DNA from: Raillietiella orientalis
Lineage: Eukaryota
Direction: 5' to 3'
Assembly: GCA_036172245.1 (NCBI GenBank)
Contig: JAYWIR010000023.1
Coordinates: 2,914,001-2,978,000, forward strand
Length of the DNA: 64,000 nt
Shown: piece by piece, positions 1-11,200 of the stretch
Layout: every line of letters begins with the position of its first letter
Position numbering within the stretch: the first letter of the stretch is position 1
Notes under the pieces: model-generated
Database searches by the model: none
Seen by the model: only the letters and a program-made list of their open reading frames with translations
Told to the model about the DNA's origin: nothing
Program-made: the position numbers and the translations under genes

Positions 1-2
1 GC

Positions 3-374
3 ACCTTTCGGGGGTCCCTCCTCAAGAGCCACCGCTACTCCCCCTACCCCTCACTCCCGGTAACAGCCACGACGAATTCGCTGACCCCTCCCCTGAGCAG
101 CAGCCTGGCGGGCAGAACCCCTATTCCGGGCTCGGCATTCGAGAGCATCAACCCCGTCGCCCTATGCGCGACGGGAGGGACCGCGCCCAACGCCCCCTTG
201 CTGCAGTCGGCGGTGACAGCCTCCTCCGTCCGCAGCGCCGGCGCAGCCGGCCTCAACCTCACCAAGATGGCGCCCAACGAGCTCAAGAGCATAGAGAACA
301 TGGTCAACGGGCTAGAGAGGCGCCAGGAGCAGTTCCCTGGAGACTCGGCGGCGGTGAAAATCGGTGATAAGTGA
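3..374 (+). CDS. omb: 3' end (final coding exon, 5'-truncated by the window edge) of a Tbx2/3-subfamily T-box transcription factor, optomotor-blind/bifid-like
   Basis: Frame 3 is open from the window edge to TGA at 372-374 and is absent from the ORF track. It translates as TFRGSLLKSHRYSPYPSLPV...LNLTKMAPNELKSIENMVNGLERRQEQFPGDSAAVKIGDK*. HRYSPY and ELKSIENMVNGLE match, from memory, the two conserved C-terminal motifs of Tbx2/3/omb (RFSPY; ELQSIQRLVSGL in vertebrates). The T-box itself lies outside the window. Confidence 0.8.
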   Translation, partial: TFRGSLLKSHRYSPYPSLPVTATTNSLTPPLSSSLAGRTPIPGSAFESINPVALCATGGTAPNAPLLQSAVTASSVRSAGAAGLNLTKMAPNELKSIENMVNGLERRQEQFPGDSAAVKIGDK

Positions 375-392
375 TGAGGGCGGAAGAGGGAA

Positions 393-503
393 CCCCCCCC
401 TCTCCACCCATTCCCCTCCTCCCGTCCACCCGCCGCTTCCTCCCCCCTCCCTCCACCTGCCCCCTCCCTCCGCCCTCCCTGCTCTCCCCCCCCCCCTCTT
501 CCT
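393..503. repeat. C-rich low-complexity tract in the presumed 3' UTR (G-quadruplex potential on the minus strand)
   Basis: Many runs of 3 or more C separated by short spacers, starting 19 nt after the stop codon. Confidence 0.7.
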
Positions 504-582
504 TGCGATACCAAAGAGAGACGTTGCGTTCTGTTTCTTTACAAGCTGTGATCTCGCGCTCCAGGAGCGACGTGATGTCGTC

Positions 583-630
583 AATAAAAGACGTAGTGCT
601 GAGCCCGGCGGACGTTGGTCTTTTTGTGTT
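583..630 (+). promoter_or_regulatory. Candidate polyadenylation signal for the omb-like gene
   Basis: AATAAA at 583-588, ~210 nt after the stop, followed ~25 nt later by the GT/T-rich element GTTGGTCTTTTTGTGTT (614-630). This is the canonical metazoan arrangement and stands out in GC-rich context. Confidence 0.4.
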
Positions 631-2225
631 CTGGCGCGGGGGTTGGCGGGAGGGATGCCCTTGAAAGAGCTTCCCCGCACCGTCACCACCACCTCTTCTT
701 CCTCTCCTGCGGGGCCGTCGCCCACCTCGACAGGGTCTCCGGAGACCGCGCCGACGGAAACTGCTCCTTGCAGGGAGGATGGAGGCACTCGGAGAGTAGC
801 CTGGTCCTGGTCAACTTCTCCCCTCCCATTCCTTCCTCCGCCCCTGCGGCGCAGCCAGGGGGGACGGAGAAAATCTTCCCTCCATTTCCTCGGCTTTCCG
901 CGAATCTTCCTGCCTCACTGGGGGAATGGAGAAAGGGGAGGTGAGCAGGCGTTGAACTCCGGTATTGCGTCCTTCTCCCGCTTCCCTTTCTCTCCCTTCT
1001 TTCCCCACTCACTCCCCTCGCCGGGCCGGACACCCCGAGCCGACCGATGAAGAGTCCAATCCGATACGGAGAACCTGGCAACCCTGGCTGCCGCGGGAAG
1101 TCGCTTCGGGTGCGGAAATCGCACGCGCACTCACGCCGTGAAGGGGGAGAGAGGAAGGTCGGGATTGCGCCTCTCATCGGGATTCCCCCCTACTCCCTCC
1201 CCTTTCTCTTTCCTCCGCACCCGCACTGCTCAGCCAGGGTGGGGCCGGCGGGCTACTGCTGCTCTTGCCCGCAATCCTCGCGTGCGCTGGAAAGCGAGCG
1301 AGGGGGCGAGCAGCATTCTCATCGGGGCGGGGAATGCCCCCGAGTGCACCCACCTCCTCCTGCCTCAAACGTCCGCTGGAAGGAGAAGGAGGAGGAAAGA
1401 GCCTCTGCTTTCCCTAAGACGGGCCATGCGGTTTCTTTTTTTTTTTTTTCTTTTTTCCTCGCTCATGCACGACAAGCACCCGCCCCCCCCCCCTCCCCTC
1501 CCCCCTGCTTTCGGAGCCAATTAAACGGCACCCGGGTTTTATCTCCCTCCTCGGGTAAGGCGGCGGGCCCCGACGCGCCTCCGTCAAAGCGTTTCGACGC
1601 GAGTGGGAGAGCCCCTGGGATGACAAAAGAAGCGTCTGGCCCGGCGGTGGGACCAATTTAGCGCGTCGCCAGATCGCTCCCGCGGGCCGAGCTCTGTCGG
1701 GGGAATTCGGTCGTCGCCGTCGGTGGCTGTCAAACGGGCCGCCGCCGCCTGCCTGGGAAAGTCGAAAGCCGGGCACCGCTGCTGCCACCGGTTCGATTCC
1801 TATCGCGGCGAAAGCGACTCAGATCACTTAGCAACGGCGGCAAGGCCACCCGGATTCGCCGGGAGAGATAAACAGGCGCGGAGCCACGGCCAGACGGTTC
1901 CCCCTTCCTGGAGAAAGAGGCGGCGGCGGTGGTTCGCGCGCGTGAATTCCCCTCCCCCGGAATTCGAAATAGCCGTCGGGCGGGGTAAGAGACAAGGGAC
2001 GCGAGGACCGGGAACCTGCTTCCTTCTTCCCTCCTTCCCCCTTCTCTCCCCCTTGCCTCCTGACTGCGTCAGAAAAGAGGGAGGGAAGCACCGATCTCGT
2101 ATAGGCACGTCGAGGGCCCGTTTTGAGGAAGCAGCTCCCACGTGTTCCAGGAGGATCGATCTTCCCGTAACGACTCCTTCCTTCCGCATCCTACGGGATT
2201 CCTCCTCTCTCGCTTCCCTCTTCCT

Positions 2226-2326
2226 CCACTTCCTTTCCCCATCTTCCTCTTTGCTTCATCCTCTCCCCTTTCTCCTCCCTCTCACCTCCCCCTTGCCTTC
2301 GGTTGCCGTTTCCAGGCGGTCGGAGG
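2226..2326 (+). repeat. 101-bp direct repeat, copy 1
   Basis: Aligned by hand to 2471-2571: 99/101 identical, no gaps, offset 245 nt. Confidence 0.95.
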
Positions 2327-2470
2327 AAGGTCCTACTTCCGAGGTGTCTGCGGATCGCTAGGATATCATAGTGACAGAGGGACGAAGTCCCCAACTCCTT
2401 CTCTTCCTCTTCTTTTCCTCCTCTTCCCTTCATCTTACTCCTTTATTTGCTCTTTCCTTCTCCTCCTTCA

Positions 2471-2571
2471 CCACTTCCTTTCCCCTTCTTCCTCTTTGCT
2501 TCATCCTCTCCCCTTTCTCCTCCCTCTCACCTCCCCCTTGCCTTCGGTTGCCGTTTCCAGGCAGTCGGAGG
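2471..2571 (+). repeat. 101-bp direct repeat, copy 2
   Basis: Matches 2226-2326 except at repeat positions 16 (A/T) and 93 (G/A). Confidence 0.95.
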
Positions 2572-5500
2572 CGCGCGCGCGTTCTGCGCGACTTATGCAC
2601 TCCCTCCAATCTCTCGTCTCCCTGACTAATCCCGTGCTCCCCATCGTCCGCGTCAGAGCAAGCAAAAGTGGACATTCACGACCGTGGGCAACTTGCCTGG
2701 CTTCACGGTCACCCAGTGGCAGGCAAGGAGGCCCCACTTTCCAACCAGCTCGCTCCCTCCCCTACGCGGGAAAGAGAGCATGGACTCTTGCCGGAGGGTA
2801 GGGGGGAAGGGGCGAGCTCCCGCGGGGCGTTGGCATCGGCAGCAACCCGTCCGTGGACGCTCCGAGGCTCTCCCTCCCACCGCCTTCCCCTTTGTTCCGG
2901 GTTTCCTTCGCTTCCCGTAGCGCAGGTGCGGGAGGCGGCGCGCGGAGCATGGCTCCCTCTGGAGGGCGGAGCTTGACTCCCGTTGACTCCCTCATTCCGG
3001 GAGCCAACGGGAACGGCCAGCAACTAGAGCCTGGGAGTGAGGGGCTCCTGATTGAAGGGATAGCCGCGAATCGGCGCACGCGCTCGCGTACTCCGGGAAG
3101 CGTCCTCGACGCCCCCATTCGTCAGGAGAGAAAAAAAGGAAAGAGGTGAGGACGCGTCGGCAACAGCGTGGAGGGGGAGGGGGGGAAGAAAGAAAAGAAA
3201 AAAAAACAAACAAAGGAGGAAGGCAAGTACACGCGGGGGCGGGTGAAGGCGTCGCGCGCACACCCGTGCGTGAAGGAGGAGGAAGAGGGAGCGAGTCTGC
3301 TGCGTTCGCCCCGCGTGTGCGGCACCGAAGCGCTGCTGCTGCAGCTGCTGCCACCGCTTGTTGGCTTTGAGGAGAGCAACCTTCCCGGAGTGGGCTGGTG
3401 TCGGCGCCCCGTTTCTGCCTGTTCCTCCTCCTCAGCCGCCCCTTTCCTTTCTTTCTCTCTGATTATTTTTTTTTCTTTGTTTTATTCTTCGGCAGCATCC
3501 GCAGTGGTCGCTTCGGATTGCGCCCACATAAATCCCGACTGGAAATCCATCCAGGAGTGGGGCGGCGGAGAGCTCCGCGTCTTCCCTCTCCTCCTTCCCT
3601 CCCCTTCTCTCCCTCTCGCTCTCTTCGAGTTCGTTCGGTGGTAGCAGCGGAGCGAGGGAAAGAGAAGAAGAAAAAAAAAAAGAAGCGGAGGAAGAAGGGG
3701 GGGGGGAGGAGAACAAAGGAAAGATGCTGAGCGCGGTGGCGCTCTCAGAGCGGCCTCGCCCTCCACGGCTGCCGAGGGCTGCGCGGCGGGCATCGAGGAG
3801 GCATCGGCGAGCCGGCCGGTGGCCGGGGTGGGCGCGCGCTCCGATCCCGTGAGCGGGCGACAAGGTGGAAGGAAGGAAGGAGTGACCGCTGCTCTCGCTG
3901 CAGGGAAAGTCCAGGGCCCCCGGGCGAAGAGGGGGGATAGGCACTGTCACCCCTTCGGGGTGGGAGAGCGGTCGCTCTTCTCCCTGCGTCCGCCCTGAGT
4001 GCGTCGAGGCTCCAGCAGTTCCGAGGTGACCAGAAATGCCTGTAGGACAGGCAGCAGAAGAGGCAGAACCGGTTCCGCCTTTTCTTACCCCCCCCCCCTC
4101 CTCTTTTTTTTCTGGCTTCCCCCCTCCTCCTCCACTTTCTTCCGAAGGAAGGAGGGGGGGGGATGCGTGCGTGCGCGCGCTTTTTGCCCCTCTCGGAGAT
4201 CTCGGGGAGGTTCGTCAGCATCGCCGAAGATCGTCGTAAAACAAAGAGCCGTCGCGATGACGACGACTGATTTACAGCGGCCAGCGTGTTTGTGCGTGCG
4301 GACCCGTGATGCTGGCAGGCCGACGGTACGAATTTTGTCACGTAGCAACGCGTCGATCGATAAAAGCCGCCATAACTACTAATCAGCTCCAATAAAATGC
4401 TTCTGGCGCTCGCCCCGGATCGGGAAATTATCCTTCCGAAAGCGCGTTCCCCAGGAAAGGGCGGTGACGGCTGCGGGGGATGCGAGCTGCACGCCTTGCT
4501 GCTGCTGCCGCCGCCACGCTGCTGCTTGGAGAGCCGCACGCAGGGAAGCCACCGGCGATGGATGCTGGCGTCTCCCCCGCTAGAGGTCTGAAGGGGTGGA
4601 TCCGCGGGGGGGTGGAGGAGGAAGGGGGGCAGGGATCGGAGACGGTTCTTCCCTCCCTTTTTCCTCTCGCGAGTGGAACGGGAACCCAAAACGACGTCTC
4701 CCCTTCCGTCCCCGCGGTTACTGAGCGACCGATGGAAGCGGTGGCGGTGGCGGCCGCTTTCCTCACCGGAAACGCTATCGCCTCGAACCGCCGGAGGCGG
4801 TGACCCCCTTCGCCCCCTACGGGAAGCGCTGCCTCGTTTCGCACGCTCCACTTCGCTGCAGATCAGGTGCAGAGAGGACAGCAGCCCTAGATCGGGAAAA
4901 ACTCGTGAAGACTGCTGCTCCCTCAGAGGCATTCGAAGGCCCAGAGCACTGTTGCCCTCCGCAGAAGAAACGAGCAAAGATGGCAAAAAAAAAAAAAAAA
5001 AAGGTAGTCGTAGGAGAAATAGGTAGCCGTAGGGGGAAACGGTGCGCCCTCTTTCGAGTTTTGTTTGAATTTATCACCAGGGTGGCCGAGACAACCGTCC
5101 TGATCCTTTGCGCATGCTGGCACGCGCACGAGGGTTATCGCCGCGCGGCTGCTGTGCTGTCACGCAAGAGGAGGGGAAGAAGGAGAAAAAAAAAAAATTT
5201 GAAAAATCTCTTCCTGCCTTCCTCGAGTGATGATATCATCTTGGCACCGAGAGCGAGTTCCCGACCAGCGGATCACACCGGGCAGGCGTGAGCAGGAGAT
5301 AGTGGATGCGGACGTGGGAGTCCTCACTCGCCCGGCTGTCGCACTACCCCCCGGTAAACAGCCAGCGCGAGCGCGCACCGAGCCGCGGCGCAAGCGCAGT
5401 TCGTCCGTCGGTCGGCAGCTCGCCAACCGGTCGTCCTTCGCGCATGCGGAGGCGCTCGAGGAACAGGGGCGGGCGACTCTGGCCGCGCGCGCGCTGGAAC

Positions 5501-8500
5501 TCCTCGCCGGGGCTTCCCCTCCTTCCTCCCGGACGCGACCGCGCGGGAGCCAGGGAAGTGGTGAAGGGACGCTCGCGTGTGCAGCCCGTGCGAGTCCGTC
5601 CTCCCGGTTTCGGACGGCCCACTCTCTCACGAAGGTCCGAAGAGTACGCGGCGGGAGTGCTCTTGCGATGCAGGAGGAGTTTTCCTCCCCTTTCCTTCCC
5701 TTCTCATGAAAAGGCGTGATGGTGGTTTCCCTTCGCGGGACCTCGTCACGCCGGTCCTCGGCCTTTCCCTCCCAATCTGAGACTAGCTGGTTCGCTCATC
5801 TTCGACGCTCCGTCCATGGGCCGGCGTCCTCGACGCGTGGCACCTCGCAGCGTGTACCTATCGAGCACGAACGGCAGGCTTTCTAGAGTCAAGAGAGATT
5901 CTGGTAGGTCTGCGTCCAGCGGAAAAAAACAAACAAACAGACAAACAAAAAACCACTGCGGCATCGTCTAGCTCTGCTGCCGCTGCTGCAAAGCTCACGA
6001 GGACAACACCATTTGGTCTCGGAGTGGTTCCGGATGGTTTTTTTTCTTGTTGTTTCTTGGGACCCCAGTTTTCTGCAGAGAATGCCTTTTTTCCGACCCT
6101 GCGTTCCATTAACGCCGGGAGTCTAACATCTGTCGCCCATTTTTTTCCCCCTCTTCTTTCTTCCTTCCTTTCCTTTTTTTTTTTTTTTTGTGCCATACCT
6201 CGACGCAGGGAGAGAGAGGCTCCGGCGACCAAGATGGACATATGGTGACGATGCCCGGAGTACTGCAAATCGTACGCGGCATCGATGGACCCCAGCGACA
6301 AGAGCGGTCTTCAATCAAAGTGCTCTCTCTCGCCCTTATCGGAACCGAAATCTGCTCCTCGGCAACAAGAATTCGAGTCGCCCTCCTCCTCCTCTGTGCC
6401 GATTTTCTTCGCCCCTGAGGAAAGGAGAGAGGGGGGAGAAGAGGGGGGGGGGGGAGGGCAAGAGGAACCTGATGAAGGTGGCTCTATCATCAGGTCGATC
6501 TAATGTTTTGTGTTTGGGTGTTCCGAGGAGTAGCGCGAAAACAAAAAAAAAGAGAGAGAGAAGGAGAGGGAAGGAAGATGCCTTTCTTCTGCGAAAGCCG
6601 CCGATGGGACCGAAGCAAAATAGAGAAATAAATCTACCTTTCATTGTTGATCCCGAGAAGATACAAGAGTGCTGCCTGGAAGCTGTTTTCCAATAATAAA
6701 TAGGAACGTATTATTGCGCCCGCGTGTTTTTTGTTGCGTCTGCAGCGCTTTACCCGACGTTGCAGAGAAAGGCGGTCTCTCGGGAAGGAAAGGGGGGGCA
6801 GGAAGGGGGGAGAATGTGTTTTTCCAGGACGAAGACTGTCCGCCCGCAGCACGCGCGCGCTCCTTGAGCGCTTTCTTCCTCCGCCGGCGGTGGCATTCGT
6901 CGGATTTTTTTCTCCCTCTTCCTGTGCGTTCCAAGTCGGCGATCGCGGATTTCGAACGACAGTCAGTGGGTGGGGGGTCGCTGCTGCAGTTGCACCGCCG
7001 TCGTCGCCGTCGCCACCATCCCGCTGACGCTGGATCGCGCAAGAATCCGTTCAGGGTCTTTCCGAGCCCTTCCTGCCCCGCTTGGAACTCGCGAGCAGCA
7101 TTGCGCAGAGAGCACGCGACGAGAAAGCCTTCGCGCGCGCACCTCCCGTCGCCATCATCTCCTGCTCGCGCGCACCACGTCTTCGATCCGTTCCGTTCGA
7201 TTTGTTTATTCGGCACGCGGGTCGACGGTCAACGGGGAGGCGACCCGTAGGTGGACAAACAACTTTAATTGAGATGCGGGTCGTGGATGCGCGCGCAAAG
7301 GGGAGCGTGGCGGCGGCGCGAGAGCCGGGCTTTCCTGAGAGCCACTCTTCGGACGTTGCCGGCCGTTCGCGCCGCAGCAACACCCCCCACGAGCGCGAAG
7401 AAGACCGGGAAGGGTTCTTTGCGGCTCCCTCGAACCTCGGGCTGTCTGCTCTCCGGAAGCCTTCGCGTGCGCTGCGCGGCCGGAGCATCCCGAGCGAGCC
7501 ACTTCCGCACCACAGTCCTCCCCTCCCTCTTCCTCACTGTAGCCCCTGGGTGTCGCTGTCCGCTAGTTTTGCAGACCTCGTGCGATTCGCATTGCAGCCC
7601 GGGACTTCCCGTTGATCGAAAGACGGACCGGGCTCACCCCGACTGCAACACCCGCTCGGCCCTCACTTTTCGGAACGGTACTTTCAAGACGGGAGGACGA
7701 AGTATCAGTGTCAGCTAAGGGACAGCTGGGTTTTGCGTTGTTGTCTTCTCTCTGGGAAGAAAATGAAACTGACTTTGAGATACATCACTGGAGCCTCTTT
7801 TGCGTCCAATCCCGCAGAACTATGCATAATTGTTGCTGTCCTGTTTTGTCTCCTGGGAAGAGGTGCTGCATCTGGAAATTCCTACGCTTTCGACGGACAG
7901 TGTCCTTTTTTATGCTCCATACACCTGTGAGAGGGCGAAGCATCCCAAAGATCTTTTAGACTGGATCATTCGGATCAATATCCTTCTCCCCTCCCCTCAT
8001 CCTTTCTGTTTATGTTGCCTACTCATGAGTTTATGATGACCTTCCTCTTATCACGCTGTCCCACTCCCATCTAAATACAGAATCTGAGGACTGTTCTTTG
8101 GCTACAGTACAGAAGCAGTCCGGGACGGGAGCAAGCCTTTGCAGCAGTCGCTGCCGTCCTCGGTGGTTTGCTGTTCCTTGGCAACGGAACGAAATGATAC
8201 AGTTGCGCAGAGCAAGAGGGATCGCCGTATGGTTTTGGTCATTTCCGTTCGGAGAAGAATCTCTCAGGAAGGCCGAGAAGGGGCACCATCGAGATGCGAG
8301 GATGGGGTCACCGTCACTGCTGCTCCGTGCAGAAGTTCTCTGTTCCTTCCCGAGTAGCGGACTCTCGGCGCACAGGTGCTCCTTTGACGATTATTTCAAC
8401 TCCGGTTCTTGCCTTGGTATTACTTTTCGGGTCGCCGAGCTTTACTTCAGGCAGCATCTTGATGTGCATCGGTGGGAACGTTGATGGCTGGTTCTTCTTC

Positions 8501-10681
8501 AAGGACGAGTGTGTTCCGAAAATCACAATCTGCGATTCAAGGGTGTGATGGAGTTGCTCCGTCGCTTCGGTTCCTCACCCCAATTAATGATGAATGGCCC
8601 GTTCCTTCGCTGGTGAGCGCTCGCAGCACTCGCAGGCCTGCAATCAGACCGCCTTCGACAACACCAACGATGTAGCCACCAACTAATTGAAAAACGGGAA
8701 AAGGAAAAAAAGAGAGAGAGAGAGAGAAACCATTAGGAGCATTCTGGGCTGCCTGCTCCATGCGCTTCTTTTCTGCTCCATCTTCCTCAGACTGCCTCCA
8801 GTGTTTGTCTATTGCTTCAGTAGTTAAGATCAGGTTTGAACGCCTTGATTAATAGGGAACAGAGCCGGTCTCCTTGCCAACTCGGATGCGGCTATTTCGT
8901 GCGCATAGGAAGGATAGATCGAGCTTAATGGCACACACCGTCTCGGGGTGACCGGAGCTCCCACCGCATCTGGAGACTGTTGGTTCCCTGAAAGGCAAGT
9001 CCGTGGCGTGGTCCACAGCTCGGCGGCGCAGGCAGAACCGCGGAAGGGTTCGGCGGATTTCAATTTGAAATTTCAGCCGGGAACCGCGGAGAACTTTCTC
9101 TTGGCAGCCCTGCTTGGAAGTCAGCAGGAATTGTGCTCCGGGTGAATTATTTTTTCTTCTTCTACGTCTTTCGATTCAGCAAGGTGCCGATGTGCGAGTC
9201 CAACTCGAGGTCCGGCACGTTTTTCTCAGTAGTCGAGGGACCCCCAGTGGTCCCACACTGCCTGTCTTGCGTGCGTGCTTCCCAATCAGCATCGACCGTG
9301 GTGAGCTGCAAGCCTGGAGGTTCGTACAGGAAAAAAAAAGGGAAAAAGGAAAATCGCCGTTCCGGTTGCCGCCTCATCTTTCGAGAGGAAGTCCCCGATA
9401 CCGCCAATGTTCAAAAGAGGTGGCGCACGCCTAGTGCGCGCCGCGCAAGCGCATTCAACATCCCTGCGTGAACACCGAGCTGCAGACGACAGTGAGGGAG
9501 GAAGAGGGGGAAGGGAGGGGAAAGCAAGGCAACCGCGGCACGAACGTCGCCTCTTACAGCAGAAGGCGCTGCCAACACTCGAGCTTTAGATCGAAATGTC
9601 ACGAACAGTCGCGGATGTGCAGGCGGCATCCCGTCTGGGATCGCAGGGAGTCCTGATTTCGTCAACTCTTCTCAGGAGAACCCTTCGCCTCGACCCCTCC
9701 CTTCGTCGCGAGTCTCCCGGATCCTGCTCACACAGGTGGAGAATACGCCGTGACAACTCTGAGCGAGCCTGCCGCGTGTTGGTGCCACCCTTGTCTGCTA
9801 GCTCCCTCCGCCCCTACCCTTCCCGGCTGCTCCCGCGATCCTCATCGCACAAGACAAATCTTCTGCTTCTTCCTGGTTGAGTTCCCTTGACGTCCTGGAT
9901 GCACCCAGCGCCAAGCCATCTAGATCCGGGCTAGCGCTTAAGGTGCATTCGCTTCCCTGGCGGGAGAGCCGTAAGGAAAGGACGCAGAGCTTTCCCTCCC
10001 AGCCTCTGAGGGGATGCGAATGTCACCACCCATGCGACCCTTCGTCTCAGCTGGCGGTGATGGTCGCCGCGCTCTTCCTCGATCCCCCCTTCTCAAAAAA
10101 CTCGGTCTTCTCTCTGGGAAAATTTCTGCGCCCGCCGACGCGCGCTCGCCAGCTCGACCAAAGTCCTTCCATTCGGTTCCCGGCGGCGATGTCAGCAATC
10201 CGAAGGAGCTGATCCGCGCTCGTCCCACCGCCTGATTGGGAAGTGCCCGACAAATCCCGCTTCCCCGCAAGAGCGTCATCTGTGTGATGTCTTGCCAAGA
10301 CACGGCAGAAGCAGCCCGCTTCCCTATTTGTTTTCCTTCCCCTTCTCACCTTCCCGGAGCGGACCTCAGCGGTGCGAGCAGGCTGTTTACACAGCATCCG
10401 CCCTCCAGTGCTGAGGGCATGCGAGGACCTGGGTCCCACCAATCTCGCGCGTTTATTGATTACTATAAACTGCCCCGGCGAAACCGGGTTGGAAACGCAT
10501 CCCTCTTTCCGGTGCGAGAGCCTCCCTTCAGTTCCAGGGTGGGGCAACACCGCGATTAAAATTTTATTAGTTCATTGTCGTAATTCCGAGACTGCCATTT
10601 GGTGTTCGGCCGAGGTGGCGAAGAAAGGACTTTATCGGAGGGATATTTCTGCGTGCGTACGTGAGGGCGCGCGCGCGTGCT

Positions 10682-10682
<1 letters not shown>

Positions 10683-10713
<31 letters not shown>

Positions 10714-10730
10714 TTGTTGTTGTTGTTGTG
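10683..10730. repeat. Poly(T)30 followed by (GTT)n
   Basis: Directly visible. Confidence 0.95.
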
Positions 10731-11132
10731 TTGTCCTCGGCTTTTACGTCTCTCGCCGCGCATCGCGCCCGGGCACCGAATTTTTCGGCCGCGTTCCGTT
10801 CCCACCGGCGCGGGGCGCGCGCAACGGAAACCGCCGACGGAGGAGGAGATGCAAGCTCGAAGGATGGTGGCGGCAGTGGCTCCAGCGCGCATAAATTTTC
10901 CAGAATCAAGTTTTGCACTCTCGAAAGGGTGTGACAAGAATGGCCCAGCGTTTATGTTGATCGTATCTTTGCAGTTCAGATACGAAGCATACAAGATAAC
11001 GCGGGAGGAAAAAAAAAAAGAATTAATTCTTCCTCCTCCCCCTCCTCCCTTTCCTGCCTTTGCCGAGAATCGGCCATAAAAGACGCGTCCGCAAACGGAA
11101 AGATCTCTTCCTTTGACGAACTGATAATGAAA

Positions 11133-11200
11133 ATATATGTATGTATGTATGTATATATATATATATACATATGTGGGTGTGTGTGTGTAAAAAAAAAAAA
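11133..11200. repeat. Compound microsatellite (TATG)n/(TA)n/(GT)n/poly(A)
   Basis: Directly visible. Confidence 0.9.

Noticed and set aside
44..1050. Track ORFs 44-514 (-), 164-367 (+) and 364-1050 (+)
   Set aside because: Shadows of the real omb-like frame (3-374) and of the C-rich UTR tract.
1740..1812. GGTTCGATTCC (tRNA T-loop/B-box-like)
   Set aside because: The T-stem pairs for only 2 bp, and no D-arm or anticodon arm can be folded.
2949..3145. ATG-to-GTGAGG first-exon-like segment (MAPSGGRSLTPVDSLIPG...)
   Set aside because: The shape is plausible, but with no homology, promoter evidence or partner exon it cannot be supported.
3745..4986. 413-aa minus-strand ORF
   Set aside because: Runs through homopolymer and low-complexity tracts with no recognisable motif; a GC artefact.
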